Source: Methanobacteriota archaeon (lineage in GTDB: Archaea > Thermoplasmatota > Poseidoniia > Poseidoniales > Thalassarchaeaceae). From it: a stretch of DNA of 64,000 nucleotides. Under the pieces are notes generated by a model. That model was not told where the DNA came from. It did no database searches and was given only the letters and a program-made list of their open reading frames with translations. How positions within the stretch are numbered: position 1 is the first letter of the stretch; each line of letters opens with the position of its first letter. The stretch lies in assembly GCA_018654845.1 (NCBI GenBank), contig JABIKU010000017.1, forward strand, positions 34,600 through 98,599. The letters are read 5' to 3'. Made by a program: the position numbers and the translations under genes. This document shows, piece after piece, positions 46,742-56,015 of this stretch.

Positions 46742-48859
46742 ATGACACAGCGTATTTTGGCAATTTTTATCATATTATTGATGTTATTCGGAGGCTTGGC
46801 TTTGCCAGTAAATGCAGATGATCCAGATGGCGGTGATGGAAATGAAGGAAATAATTCAGAATTTTTTGTTGATGGATTATCAACGCTCACCCTTTTCGAG
46901 CCAATTGAAGCAAACTCAACATTTGATGCGACTTGGGAAGTTAGTGTAACCATTTCAGACCAAGTAGGTAGTGATTTATTACCATATATCGAACTAGGGC
47001 TTCGTGCTCAAATCGATATTAATCTGGGCAATTCGGATGGATGGATTAACCGTACTGAAATCGATTTATTTATCGATATTTTCTATCAGGCAAGAAATTG
47101 GACAAATGCAGAATCTGCTGGATGCTGTGCTTTCGACTACACGCCGATGATTGCTGCAAATGGGTCTACAATTAACGTTCATGAGCCAAACATAGGGTCG
47201 ATAGAAGATGAAAACCTGACTTGGGGATGGATCGAATCAGCTAATTTAGTCGGTATAACGGATTCGAGAACGACGCGATTACTAGACCTGCCTCGCACCG
47301 GCGCACTAATCGAAGAAATTCCAATCCGAGTTATTCTTCCAAGTGGTTGGGAATATCGATATAGCGCAATGCGTGAAATAATCAGCGGTGAACCCGGTAA
47401 TTTCACAGTAGATCGAGCGGCTTCTGGTGCTGCTAGCAATATCAGAATCACAATCGCAGAGAATCAAGCTCCAAATGCCTTAGGTCAGCGAAAATCAGGT
47501 GGCTCGATGATTCCTCTTAACAGTGTAACAGTTTATTTTGGTGAATGCGAAGATGGTGGTTTGGATGCTAACGAACAGTGGTGGACTGTCTCAAATAATG
47601 GGACTGTTGTTCTCACAGAATTTAATGAAACTTTGAATTTTATTCCAGAAGAAAATGGTTTCATCGGTGGCCAAGTAGCGAGCGTGGTAATGCATTGTAA
47701 AGATTGGTTCAATTCGATAAGCACATGGTACGATAACATCGTCATTGATTCTGTATTCCCAACCTGGGAAGCATCGATAAATTTCGAGAGCCCAAATGGA
47801 GAAATCACTGCCCTCGACCCTGATGTTGATGTTTTCGAAGTTCCTTCTGATAGCTATATATCATTCAGTATTTCAGCAGATGACCCAAACTCTCAGCTGC
47901 CTACTAACATAGTTCTAACTTCTAATAAGACCGAAGGCTATCGCCATCAAGCAAATGATCAACTCGAATTTAATGATCGATTTTCACAGAGTGGTGAAGT
48001 CAATGGCATGCATCTTAATTTCACAGAACGTCATCTTTCTCGAGAACAAACCACTTGGGCGATTCATCTCGATGTTTCGGATAATGCTGGAAATACTCAA
48101 TCTCGTGATTGGATAATTCTCGTCCTCGATGGAAATGGTCCAACAATTGTTCCTGATCTCTACATTGATGATGTGATAATTTCCTCAGAAAACGTAGTCC
48201 GCAACGGCGACTCCGTTCTATTCAATTTCACACCGTCTTACGATGATCTCGACGCGATTACTGATACCTCTTGGACGATAACCGTCGACGATATTATTCT
48301 TGTAGAAAATGTCGATTGGTCTGAAATTGAGTTGTTCACAATCGGTCCATTGGCAACAGGAACTCACGATATCATCCTCGAGGCTTGGGATTCATCAGGC
48401 AACAAAGGTGGCCTTGCTTTCCAATTGAAATCGTTCCCAAATTTTGGCGTAGACATTTCTGTTGAAACATCAAGCTATGCTGGCAAACTCGTCGATGGAG
48501 AAATCGTTGTCTTCATGGCAACGCTACAAAATCATGGAGCAGATCCTGCGTCGGGAAGAATTTGTGTTGGAGGTGAGTGTGGAGCATTTATTGGGATTCC
48601 AGGTGCAACGCCTGAAAGTCCCGGTTATTTTAGTGCAGAAATAAACACCAAAATTGATGGAACCCTACCGTTGGAAGTTTCGTTTCAGTGGAGCAGTGAA
48701 TCTGCGAATGATGAGGGAACAATAATCCTTGAATCTGGTTACATTATTGAGCCAGCTTGGCAAGGACCATTGCAAGTTGTAATCGGTGTTTTTGCAATAC
48801 TTGCTGGAATTGTTTACGCTGCTAATCGACTTTGGGGGGCGGATTCACTTCGTCCGTGA
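46742..48859 (+). CDS. Large acidic secreted protein with C-terminal TM anchor; candidate surface (S-layer-like) glycoprotein
   Basis: ATG 46742 gives a signal-like N-terminus (MTQRILAIFIILLMLFGGLALPVNA). I counted about eleven N-x-S/T sequons by eye. Two DxxGN motifs (VSDNAGN, AWDSSGN) are typical of Ig-like/HYR-type domains. There is a C-terminal TM helix plus basic residues. Confidence 0.65.
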   Translation: MTQRILAIFIILLMLFGGLALPVNADDPDGGDGNEGNNSEFFVDGLSTLTLFEPIEANSTFDATWEVSVTISDQVGSDLLPYIELGLRAQIDINLGNSDGWINRTEIDLFIDIFYQARNWTNAESAGCCAFDYTPMIAANGSTINVHEPNIGSIEDENLTWGWIESANLVGITDSRTTRLLDLPRTGALIEEIPIRVILPSGWEYRYSAMREIISGEPGNFTVDRAASGAASNIRITIAENQAPNALGQRKSGGSMIPLNSVTVYFGECEDGGLDANEQWWTVSNNGTVVLTEFNETLNFIPEENGFIGGQVASVVMHCKDWFNSISTWYDNIVIDSVFPTWEASINFESPNGEITALDPDVDVFEVPSDSYISFSISADDPNSQLPTNIVLTSNKTEGYRHQANDQLEFNDRFSQSGEVNGMHLNFTERHLSREQTTWAIHLDVSDNAGNTQSRDWIILVLDGNGPTIVPDLYIDDVIISSENVVRNGDSVLFNFTPSYDDLDAITDTSWTITVDDIILVENVDWSEIELFTIGPLATGTHDIILEAWDSSGNKGGLAFQLKSFPNFGVDISVETSSYAGKLVDGEIVVFMATLQNHGADPASGRICVGGECGAFIGIPGATPESPGYFSAEINTKIDGTLPLEVSFQWSSESANDEGTIILESGYIIEPAWQGPLQVVIGVFAILAGIVYAANRLWGADSLRP

Positions 48860-48898
48860 AGCCGCAGGTCTCATCAGTAACTCAATGGGCGTGGGAAC

Positions 48899-50650
48899 AT
48901 GATTCTCCTACCTGACTATCCTGACAAGGTAATCCTTGCTCACCGTATTCGCGTGGAGCGCTTGGCATTGTTGGGGACTCTAACACTGATTGGTGTGGGA
49001 GCATGGTGGTTGCTACCGGCAATGGATGGCAGTACTGAATTGCTCGCGAGAATGGGTCCTGTAGTCGTGATGTTTGCAGCAGCTTTGCTGCTGGCAGATT
49101 TGATTGAATACGGACCAGTTCAGCGTTCTCGAATAGGAACTGCTGCTAACGTTGCTTGGCCGGCTGTGCTGGTTTTTGCGGGTATTGCAATCGGGGACTT
49201 AGGTGGTGAAATAAGTGATATTCTTGGAAAAATAGATTCACTGATTGCAATTTCGATAATGATTTCAATCACTTTGGTACTTTGGCAGGTCAGCAATCGA
49301 TTATTAGGTTCGAGTTTAATTGTTCGTCGCTATCGCGGTTTGACTTCTCTTGGCGCTCTAGCGTTGTCTACTGCTCTGATATTTTCTTTAGCTGCTCCAT
49401 TCGAATTATTTGTAATAATTTTGATTACTATCTCGACGACAATGATTCCAGATTTGATGACAAAAGATGAAGATTATGCGGCTCGTAAGAAATTCGGAGC
49501 CGCTCTCGACGCAGCAGAATCGAAATTGCTTGAGTTGCGCGGACAAGGAATTTCTCTTGAACAGGCATCATCGATTCTGAAGATCGCACGCGAAGAGGGC
49601 TGGAGTAACCCTGAACAAGGATTAAAGATGGTAGAAGATGCACTTACCGATGCAGAAAAAATTCAGGCAATCGCTCGAGATTTAGATGATATTCGTTCAG
49701 ATTCATTGGCTGCGGTTGAACGAGCGGAAGTGATTACAGTCGAGGCAGCGAGCCCGCGGAAAGCCTTCAAGTTAGGAGATCGAGAAGCCCAGCATGGAGC
49801 ATTACGCGAAGCTGAATTGATGTATAGAAGGGCGAAAAATCGCTCGGCAATCATCGTTGAACATTGGCAGGATGCATTGGATGCGATTGAAAAAGCAGAT
49901 ACAGCCATTGGTTCTGAATCGGGTCAACAATTGGATAATGTCAGAAACATACTACATTCTGCAAGAGAAGCGATGGCAGATGAAAATCCCAAAGAGGCCA
50001 TCTATATCACTTCTTCAATTCAAGGTCACCTCGACAGCTTAACCGCAACCACGAGTGGGGCCGAACAAGCGATTTTGGATGCACAGAACGCCATCGCTGG
50101 AGCAGCAGATGACATTCCAATCTTCACAAAAGATCGCTTAGAAGAGGCTCAATCAGCGATGGCTTCCGGCGATACTGCTCTAGCGAAAGGGCTGGCGAGC
50201 AGTATCATTCGCGATGTCCGAGAAACTTCTGGTGCAATGCAGGAGGTACAACGAGCACTTCGCCAGCGAAAACAATTGCAGATGAGATTTCCAAAAGGTG
50301 TTGCTGGCGAGGTTTGGGCAGCTAGGCTTGCTGAAGTTAGTGAAGCCGCCGAAAATGAAAAATGGTCAATTGCAAATGAAAAATTGCACTCGTTAAGTAC
50401 TGATTTACAGGCCTATGAAATTGAAATTAAAGAGGCTAAGGAATTGCATTCTTTTGTCGTGGATGAATGGAAGGAAATGCGTCGCCGCCTTGATTCATCG
50501 AATATCAAAGCCGACGACGAGATGAGAACCTCCGCTGAGTCAGCTGTAGCAACCGCAACAAAATCACTTAATACAGGTGATGTTCAATCGACTTTGAAAG
50601 CACTTGGTAAGGCTGATGAGTTATTAGAAAATTTACGTCGGAGAGTCTGA
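48899..50650 (+). CDS. Membrane protein: N-terminal multi-TM block plus a soluble domain of about 390 aa made of degenerate helical repeats
   Basis: About 5-6 hydrophobic helices are followed by at least six repeats of the type L..A..A....GD/N...A......I...L. I do not recognise a family. Confidence 0.6.
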   Translation: MILLPDYPDKVILAHRIRVERLALLGTLTLIGVGAWWLLPAMDGSTELLARMGPVVVMFAAALLLADLIEYGPVQRSRIGTAANVAWPAVLVFAGIAIGDLGGEISDILGKIDSLIAISIMISITLVLWQVSNRLLGSSLIVRRYRGLTSLGALALSTALIFSLAAPFELFVIILITISTTMIPDLMTKDEDYAARKKFGAALDAAESKLLELRGQGISLEQASSILKIAREEGWSNPEQGLKMVEDALTDAEKIQAIARDLDDIRSDSLAAVERAEVITVEAASPRKAFKLGDREAQHGALREAELMYRRAKNRSAIIVEHWQDALDAIEKADTAIGSESGQQLDNVRNILHSAREAMADENPKEAIYITSSIQGHLDSLTATTSGAEQAILDAQNAIAGAADDIPIFTKDRLEEAQSAMASGDTALAKGLASSIIRDVRETSGAMQEVQRALRQRKQLQMRFPKGVAGEVWAARLAEVSEAAENEKWSIANEKLHSLSTDLQAYEIEIKEAKELHSFVVDEWKEMRRRLDSSNIKADDEMRTSAESAVATATKSLNTGDVQSTLKALGKADELLENLRRRV

Positions 50651-50659
50651 GTGATATTA

Positions 50660-52105
50660 ATGAAACTACCAGAATTTTCTATAATATTGATTCTATTATT
50701 TTCTATATTTTCCGGCTGCACCGGTATCGACGATACTGATGGTGATGGTGTCGCAAATGCGGATGATAATTGTATTAATACAACAAACTCTGACCAAAAC
50801 GATCTCGATTCAGATGGATCTGGCGATGCTTGCGATGAAGATGCTGATGGTGATGGTGTTCCAAGTATCAATGATGCGTTTCCGCTCGATTCTAGCGAGA
50901 CAACCGATAGCGATGGCGATGGAATCGGCGACAATTCAGATTCGGACAAAGATGGCGACGGCATACAAAATGGTGATGATGCCTTCCCAGATGATTCGAC
51001 AGAATCTGCGGACACAGATGGTGATGGTATTGGTGACAATACTGATGCTGACGATGACGGGGATGGTATGGACGACGACGACGATCCGTTCCCACTGACA
51101 ATCGCAACTTCTCTATACTCGTCCGGGCCATTTTCGGTTGGAACTAAAGATTACAAATTCACTGGATCGGATGGTCTAGAAATCACAGTACAAGTTTGGT
51201 ATCCAACTTCCGATGATTCGGGAACGCCGGTAATTTACGACTCTCTCTTTCAAGGTTATTCGTGGGATTCCGCGCTGATTGATTGCTCCGAAACACACCC
51301 TGTCATGATGTACTCACATGGACATACTGGCATGCGTTGGAATTCTGAATTTCTTATGCAGCGACTCGTTTCACACGGCTTTATTGTCGCTGCACCAGAT
51401 CATGTCTATAACACATTCTTCGATAATGATGAAGATAAATATTCTGAATTAATTTTGCGAAGACCCGCTGATATAAGCGATTCTTTTGACTGGCTTGTCA
51501 GCGAATCAGAACCCGGTGGGCTCTTCGAGAATTGCTTGAACGAAGATGATGGATATGCGGTGTCTGGCCATTCGTTTGGCGGCTATACTACCTTGGTATT
51601 GGCAGGCGCAACAATCGATACTGCGGCTCTTTCTGAGGTGTGTGAATCTGGATCTTCAGAAGGCTGTGAGATCAGAGATATTTGGTGGGAATCCGAACCT
51701 AATCAAGAAATAATCGATTTGAGTGATGATAGAATTTGGGCTGCTATTGCCCTCGCTCCTTGGAATGGAGCAGTGCTCAAATCTGGACTCCTTAACCTCT
51801 CGATTCCAACTATGATTCTCACTGGAGATTCTGATGAGACAACTGATTTGAATCATGTTTTACATATCGTCAGCGATATTGGCGATGAGGTTGATTTGAC
51901 TTTTGGAATCATCAATAATACCGGACACTATCAATTCGCTCCAATTGCTTGTGAAGCATATGTGGAATATTGTGAAGGCCAACTTACAGTTGAGGAAGTT
52001 GCAGATATTACCAATCGAGCTGCATTGGTTTTCCTCGCTCGATTACTCGGCTGGCCCAATTCGGATACACTGGAAATTTCTGACTCAGAATTTATCAAAT
52101 GGTAA
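50660..52105 (+). CDS. Lipobox-bearing secreted protein: thrombospondin-type-3-like Ca-binding repeats fused to an alpha/beta hydrolase (PAF-acetylhydrolase/dienelactone-hydrolase-like esterase)
   Basis: It has a signal with FSGC, then repeats of D.D.DG.GD..D. The hydrolase body has HPVMMYSHGHTG, HGFIVAAPDH and the nucleophile elbow GHSFGG. ATG 50660 follows GTG 50651. Confidence 0.7.
   Translation: MKLPEFSIILILLFSIFSGCTGIDDTDGDGVANADDNCINTTNSDQNDLDSDGSGDACDEDADGDGVPSINDAFPLDSSETTDSDGDGIGDNSDSDKDGDGIQNGDDAFPDDSTESADTDGDGIGDNTDADDDGDGMDDDDDPFPLTIATSLYSSGPFSVGTKDYKFTGSDGLEITVQVWYPTSDDSGTPVIYDSLFQGYSWDSALIDCSETHPVMMYSHGHTGMRWNSEFLMQRLVSHGFIVAAPDHVYNTFFDNDEDKYSELILRRPADISDSFDWLVSESEPGGLFENCLNEDDGYAVSGHSFGGYTTLVLAGATIDTAALSEVCESGSSEGCEIRDIWWESEPNQEIIDLSDDRIWAAIALAPWNGAVLKSGLLNLSIPTMILTGDSDETTDLNHVLHIVSDIGDEVDLTFGIINNTGHYQFAPIACEAYVEYCEGQLTVEEVADITNRAALVFLARLLGWPNSDTLEISDSEFIKW
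50729..51097 (+). repeat. Coding tandem repeats: Asp-rich TSP3-like calcium-binding motifs (DxDxDGxGDxxD / AFPxD units)
   Basis: Residues D27-L149 of the 50651 frame were read directly. The low complexity creates shadow ORFs in other frames and on the other strand. Confidence 0.8.
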
Positions 52106-52147
52106 TTTTCTTTGTCTCGATGCAATATGTACAGTATTTCTCTTTGA

Positions 52148-53005
52148 CTAATTGCCGGCAACGATTAGTTCAGGTCCATTCTTTTCATAGCAATATGGAC
52201 AGCATTCCTCAATGACAAATTGTTCAGATTGCATTTCCTTCTCCGTCAAAGGTTCGCGGCAGGCAAAGCACATTTCATGTCCAGACTCATTTAGGTCCTT
52301 ACCAACTGAAACTCGCTGGTCAAAGACAAAACAATCACCATCCCAATGGGCACCATCAGTTTCTTTGAAATATCCAAGAATTCCACCTTTTATTTGGAAA
52401 ACATTCTCCCATCCTTGATTCTCCATCACTACACTAGCTTTCTCACATCGAATACCACCGGTACAGAACATAACAAGTGGTGTTGATTTATCCTGTTCTA
52501 GATCTTTGATGGCTTCAGGAAATTGACGAAATGACTTGATATCAAGATCGATAGCATTTTCAAATGTTCCAACCCGTAATTCGTAATCATTACGAGTGTC
52601 GAGAATCATAACCTCACGGCCCTCATCTAACCATTCCTTGAACTCCATTGGCTCAATGAATTGACCATTGTTTTCAACCGGTCGAATTTCATCCATTCCT
52701 AGTGAAATAATCTCTTTCTTTAGACGAACAAGCATTCTGCGGAATGGTTGGTAATCTGTGTATGAAATATGCAGAGGGATGTCTTTGAAGCGCTCGTCAT
52801 TATTCAAGTATGAAATATAACTGTCAACGGCTTTCTGGGTTCCTGCGAGGAAGAAATTAATCCCATTAGGACTGAGTAATATAGTACCCTTGAGACCTAA
52901 TTTTGCTGTAATATCACGAAATGGTTGGCGTAATTCATCACGATCAGGCAAATCAACAAACCGGTAACCCGCTATGTTGACTATTGGCATCTTCGTCTCA
53001 TCCAT
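52148..53005 (-). CDS. trhO: Rhodanese-domain protein of the UPF0176/YceA family (TrhO-like tRNA uridine-34 hydroxylase)
   Basis: It resembles E. coli YceA as I recall it (ILDTRNDYE...G.FENA, MFCTGGIRCEKAS, IKGGIL.Y, FVFDQR). A C-terminal Cys cluster is present. The start may be the Met at 52990. Confidence 0.8.
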   Translation of the reverse strand: MDETKMPIVNIAGYRFVDLPDRDELRQPFRDITAKLGLKGTILLSPNGINFFLAGTQKAVDSYISYLNNDERFKDIPLHISYTDYQPFRRMLVRLKKEIISLGMDEIRPVENNGQFIEPMEFKEWLDEGREVMILDTRNDYELRVGTFENAIDLDIKSFRQFPEAIKDLEQDKSTPLVMFCTGGIRCEKASVVMENQGWENVFQIKGGILGYFKETDGAHWDGDCFVFDQRVSVGKDLNESGHEMCFACREPLTEKEMQSEQFVIEECCPYCYEKNGPELIVAGN

Positions 53006-53014
53006 GATTTCACC

Positions 53015-54976
53015 TCAATCAGATGTTTCGCTCGGGACAAGTGCTAACTCACCCGAACGGTTAGATATTTCTTCAGAAATTTGCGAAACAAAGTCGCTGA
53101 GAGCAACACCTTTGCATTGGTCTCCATTCCTCGCCCTAATTGAAACAGTAGAATCAGTCACTTCCTCATCACCCAGAATAATCATGTACGCTGGGCGCAT
53201 CTTACGATGCATACGGATTTTCTTGCCGATTGTCGCATCCGAATCATCGACTTTCACACGAACTCCAGCAGCCTTCAGAGCAGCCCCAACCTCAGCAGCA
53301 TATTTTTTGTGCTTCTCTGAAATAGTAATCACTTGAACTTGAATTGGAGACAACCATGTTGGGAAATTTCCAATCCAATGCTCAGTCAGGAAAGCCACAA
53401 ATCTCTCGTGTGTCGAAAGAGGGGCGCGATGAATGACGAAAACCTCGCCATTTTCATTTCCATTTTCATCCTTGAAACTCAACTCGAAGCGATCTTTAGC
53501 TGCGAAATCCAATTGAATTGTCGACATCGATTCTTCGCGCCCGAGAGCGGTTGTGAATTGAATATCTATCTTCGGCCCATAGAAAGCTGCTTCACCAACG
53601 GCCTCGACATAATCGACGCCCAAATCATCTAGGATTTTTCTCAAATGATTCTGAGTCGCTTCCCAAATCTCGTGTTGACCAATGTATTTGTCAGTATTCT
53701 CGGGATCCCAAAGAGACAATCGGAAGTGATAATTTGTAAAGCCGAATGTCGCGTAGTAATCCTGAACCATTCGAATATTGTCTGCGAATTCAGATGCAAC
53801 TTGGTCGAGTGTACAGTAGATGTGCGCATCATTCATCGAAAGCATGCGAACGCGGAGCAGTCCAGCCAAAGTGCCAGAAAGTTCGTTGCGGTAAACAGTG
53901 CCATATTCTGCGATTCGAATCGGTAAATCTCGATAACTTCGCTTCTTATTACGGAAAACCAAGTGGTGCATCGGGCAGTTCATTGCCTTCAGATAATACG
54001 TGCCATCGTCCATTTCTATTGGTGGATACATACCATCCGCATAGTGGGGAAGGTGACCGCTGCACTCGAAGAGTTGCTGCTTTGCGAGCACCGGGGTGGT
54101 GACGCGATCGTAGCCGTAAGTCTCTTCGGTCTCGACCGCAAAGCGCTCGATTTCAGATTTGAGTATCTCTCCGTTTGGAAGCCAGACGGGTAATCCCTTT
54201 CCGATTAATTCGTCAATCATGTAGAGTTCCATCTCCTTTCCAATCTTCTTGTGGTCACGCTTGCCAGCTTCCTGAATTTGTTGCTGGCGAACCTTGAGTC
54301 CTTCTTTGGTCGCATAGCACATACCATAGATTCTGGTTAGCGGCTCGCGCTTGCTATCTGCGCGCCAATAGGCTTGGCTGGTACTTGTCAGTTTGAAGAA
54401 ACGCAGATGTGAGGTGGATGGGGCGTGTGGGCCGCGGCACATATCGATGAAGTCGCCTTGGCGATATGCTGAGGAACCGACTTCTTCACCGATTTTCTCA
54501 TCCATGATTTCGAGTTTGAATTTGTTATCGGCGATTACTTCACGAAGGCCAGCATTGTCAAATTCTTCGCGGATGATTTTGTGATTTGCGCGAATATGTT
54601 CATTCATCTTTTTCTCGATTACTCGCAATTCTTCATCGCCAATCGGGTCCATGTGGAAATCGTAGTAGAAGCCGTGGTCGATTGGAGGGCCAATTGTTGG
54701 TTTTGCGTCAGGAAATAATTCAGTAACCGCTTGTGCTAGAAGGTGAGCGCATGAGTGGCGCAGGATGTAAAGCCCAGCATCCGAATCGCCAAGAATTGGC
54801 TCAACACTGCAATCCGTTTCTAATTCGTAGGAAAAGTCCCTCTCTACCCCGTCTACGAGGGCTGCAACAGCACCAGAGCGCTTGCCATGGACATTGAGGA
54901 TTACTTCGCCAACGCTGATGCCGTTGGCGTACTGATGCGGCTCCTCAGAACCAATTTCAACAGATATCATCGACAT
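53015..54976 (-). CDS. thrS: Threonyl-tRNA synthetase with TGS and HxxxH editing domains
   Basis: It has an N-terminal TGS-like domain, the editing motif HSCAHLL, a class II core (FRNE.SG...GL.RVR) and a C-terminal anticodon-binding domain. Confidence 0.92.
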   Translation of the reverse strand: MSMISVEIGSEEPHQYANGISVGEVILNVHGKRSGAVAALVDGVERDFSYELETDCSVEPILGDSDAGLYILRHSCAHLLAQAVTELFPDAKPTIGPPIDHGFYYDFHMDPIGDEELRVIEKKMNEHIRANHKIIREEFDNAGLREVIADNKFKLEIMDEKIGEEVGSSAYRQGDFIDMCRGPHAPSTSHLRFFKLTSTSQAYWRADSKREPLTRIYGMCYATKEGLKVRQQQIQEAGKRDHKKIGKEMELYMIDELIGKGLPVWLPNGEILKSEIERFAVETEETYGYDRVTTPVLAKQQLFECSGHLPHYADGMYPPIEMDDGTYYLKAMNCPMHHLVFRNKKRSYRDLPIRIAEYGTVYRNELSGTLAGLLRVRMLSMNDAHIYCTLDQVASEFADNIRMVQDYYATFGFTNYHFRLSLWDPENTDKYIGQHEIWEATQNHLRKILDDLGVDYVEAVGEAAFYGPKIDIQFTTALGREESMSTIQLDFAAKDRFELSFKDENGNENGEVFVIHRAPLSTHERFVAFLTEHWIGNFPTWLSPIQVQVITISEKHKKYAAEVGAALKAAGVRVKVDDSDATIGKKIRMHRKMRPAYMIILGDEEVTDSTVSIRARNGDQCKGVALSDFVSQISEEISNRSGELALVPSETSD

Positions 54977-55050
54977 CTACGCTACCCTCAACGCTTTCGC
55001 GGAGCACATCTAATATCAAGCCCTTGTGGAATTATTCAGTCCGAAAGCGT

Positions 55051-55962
55051 CTATTTTTCAAGAACGAACTGTGTTCCGGCTTTACCTGCAACCATTGCTT
55101 CTAGGTCAGCTAGTGCTCCAATAACAGCACGCTGCCCAGTTCGGCGCACAAAGTCTGCTGCAGCCTCAACCTTCGGCCCCATCGAGCCGGCTGCGAATTC
55201 AAACTGCTCGATTTCTTCTGGTGTAGTCCGTTCAATCATCTTCGCATCATCAGTTCCCCAATCGAGATATACACCGCTTGCATCAGTTGCTAAAATCAAC
55301 AATTCTGCATCCAACTCAAAGGCGAGCAAGGCACTTGCTCGATCCTTGTCAATAACGACTTCAACCCCCTGAAGATTCCCTTCCTCATCATAGACTGTCG
55401 GAATTCCACCTCCTCCTGCGCAGATGACGATGGTATTTTTTTCGAGGAGCCAGTGAATTGGGCGCATTTCGAAGATTCGATGTGGTTCAGGTGAGGGTAC
55501 GACGCGGCGCCAATGTTCACCTTCAGGTTTCATGACCCACCCCTTCTCATTGGCTAATTCCTTGGCTTTTTCTTCCGTGAAAATCGGGCCTATCGGCTTG
55601 CTTGGGTTATCGAATGCTGGGTCTTCTGGATCGACCTCTACCATAGTTAGAATTGTAGCAAATGGAACAGTGATTGGCAGTAAATTTCCAAGTTCCTGCT
55701 CTATCATATACCCAATCATCCCCTCGGTCTGGGCTCCTAACACATCCAATGGGTAGGCTTCCACCTCGTCATAGGCTTCCGATTGTAGGGCTAACAGTCC
55801 TACTTGTGGACCATTGCCGTGCGAGATTACAAGTTGATTGTCGGTTGCTATTGGAGCCAGCGCTCGGGCGGCAATACGCACGTTATCGCGTTGGTTCGTC
55901 GCAGTTAACGGCTGACCGCGGCGCAGTAGTGCGTTGCCGCCAAGAGCCACTATGATTCGCAT
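55051..55962 (-). CDS. arcC: Carbamate kinase
   Basis: It has [21 protein letters not shown] and GGGGIP, and the length is typical (303 aa). Confidence 0.88.
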   Translation of the reverse strand: MRIIVALGGNALLRRGQPLTATNQRDNVRIAARALAPIATDNQLVISHGNGPQVGLLALQSEAYDEVEAYPLDVLGAQTEGMIGYMIEQELGNLLPITVPFATILTMVEVDPEDPAFDNPSKPIGPIFTEEKAKELANEKGWVMKPEGEHWRRVVPSPEPHRIFEMRPIHWLLEKNTIVICAGGGGIPTVYDEEGNLQGVEVVIDKDRASALLAFELDAELLILATDASGVYLDWGTDDAKMIERTTPEEIEQFEFAAGSMGPKVEAAADFVRRTGQRAVIGALADLEAMVAGKAGTQFVLEK

Positions 55963-56015
55963 GAGGACAAGGCGTGGACGCGAGGCGATAAGAACACCAT
56001 CGTGCTGGGCTCAGC

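Noticed and set aside
50584-51131. The minus-strand 151-aa ORF and the alternative-frame ORFs (50739..51098, 50892..51131) overlapping the start of the hydrolase gene.
   Set aside because: They are frame shadows of the GAT/GAC-rich TSP3-like repeat DNA. Their products are Ser/Pro or Met/His low-complexity strings.
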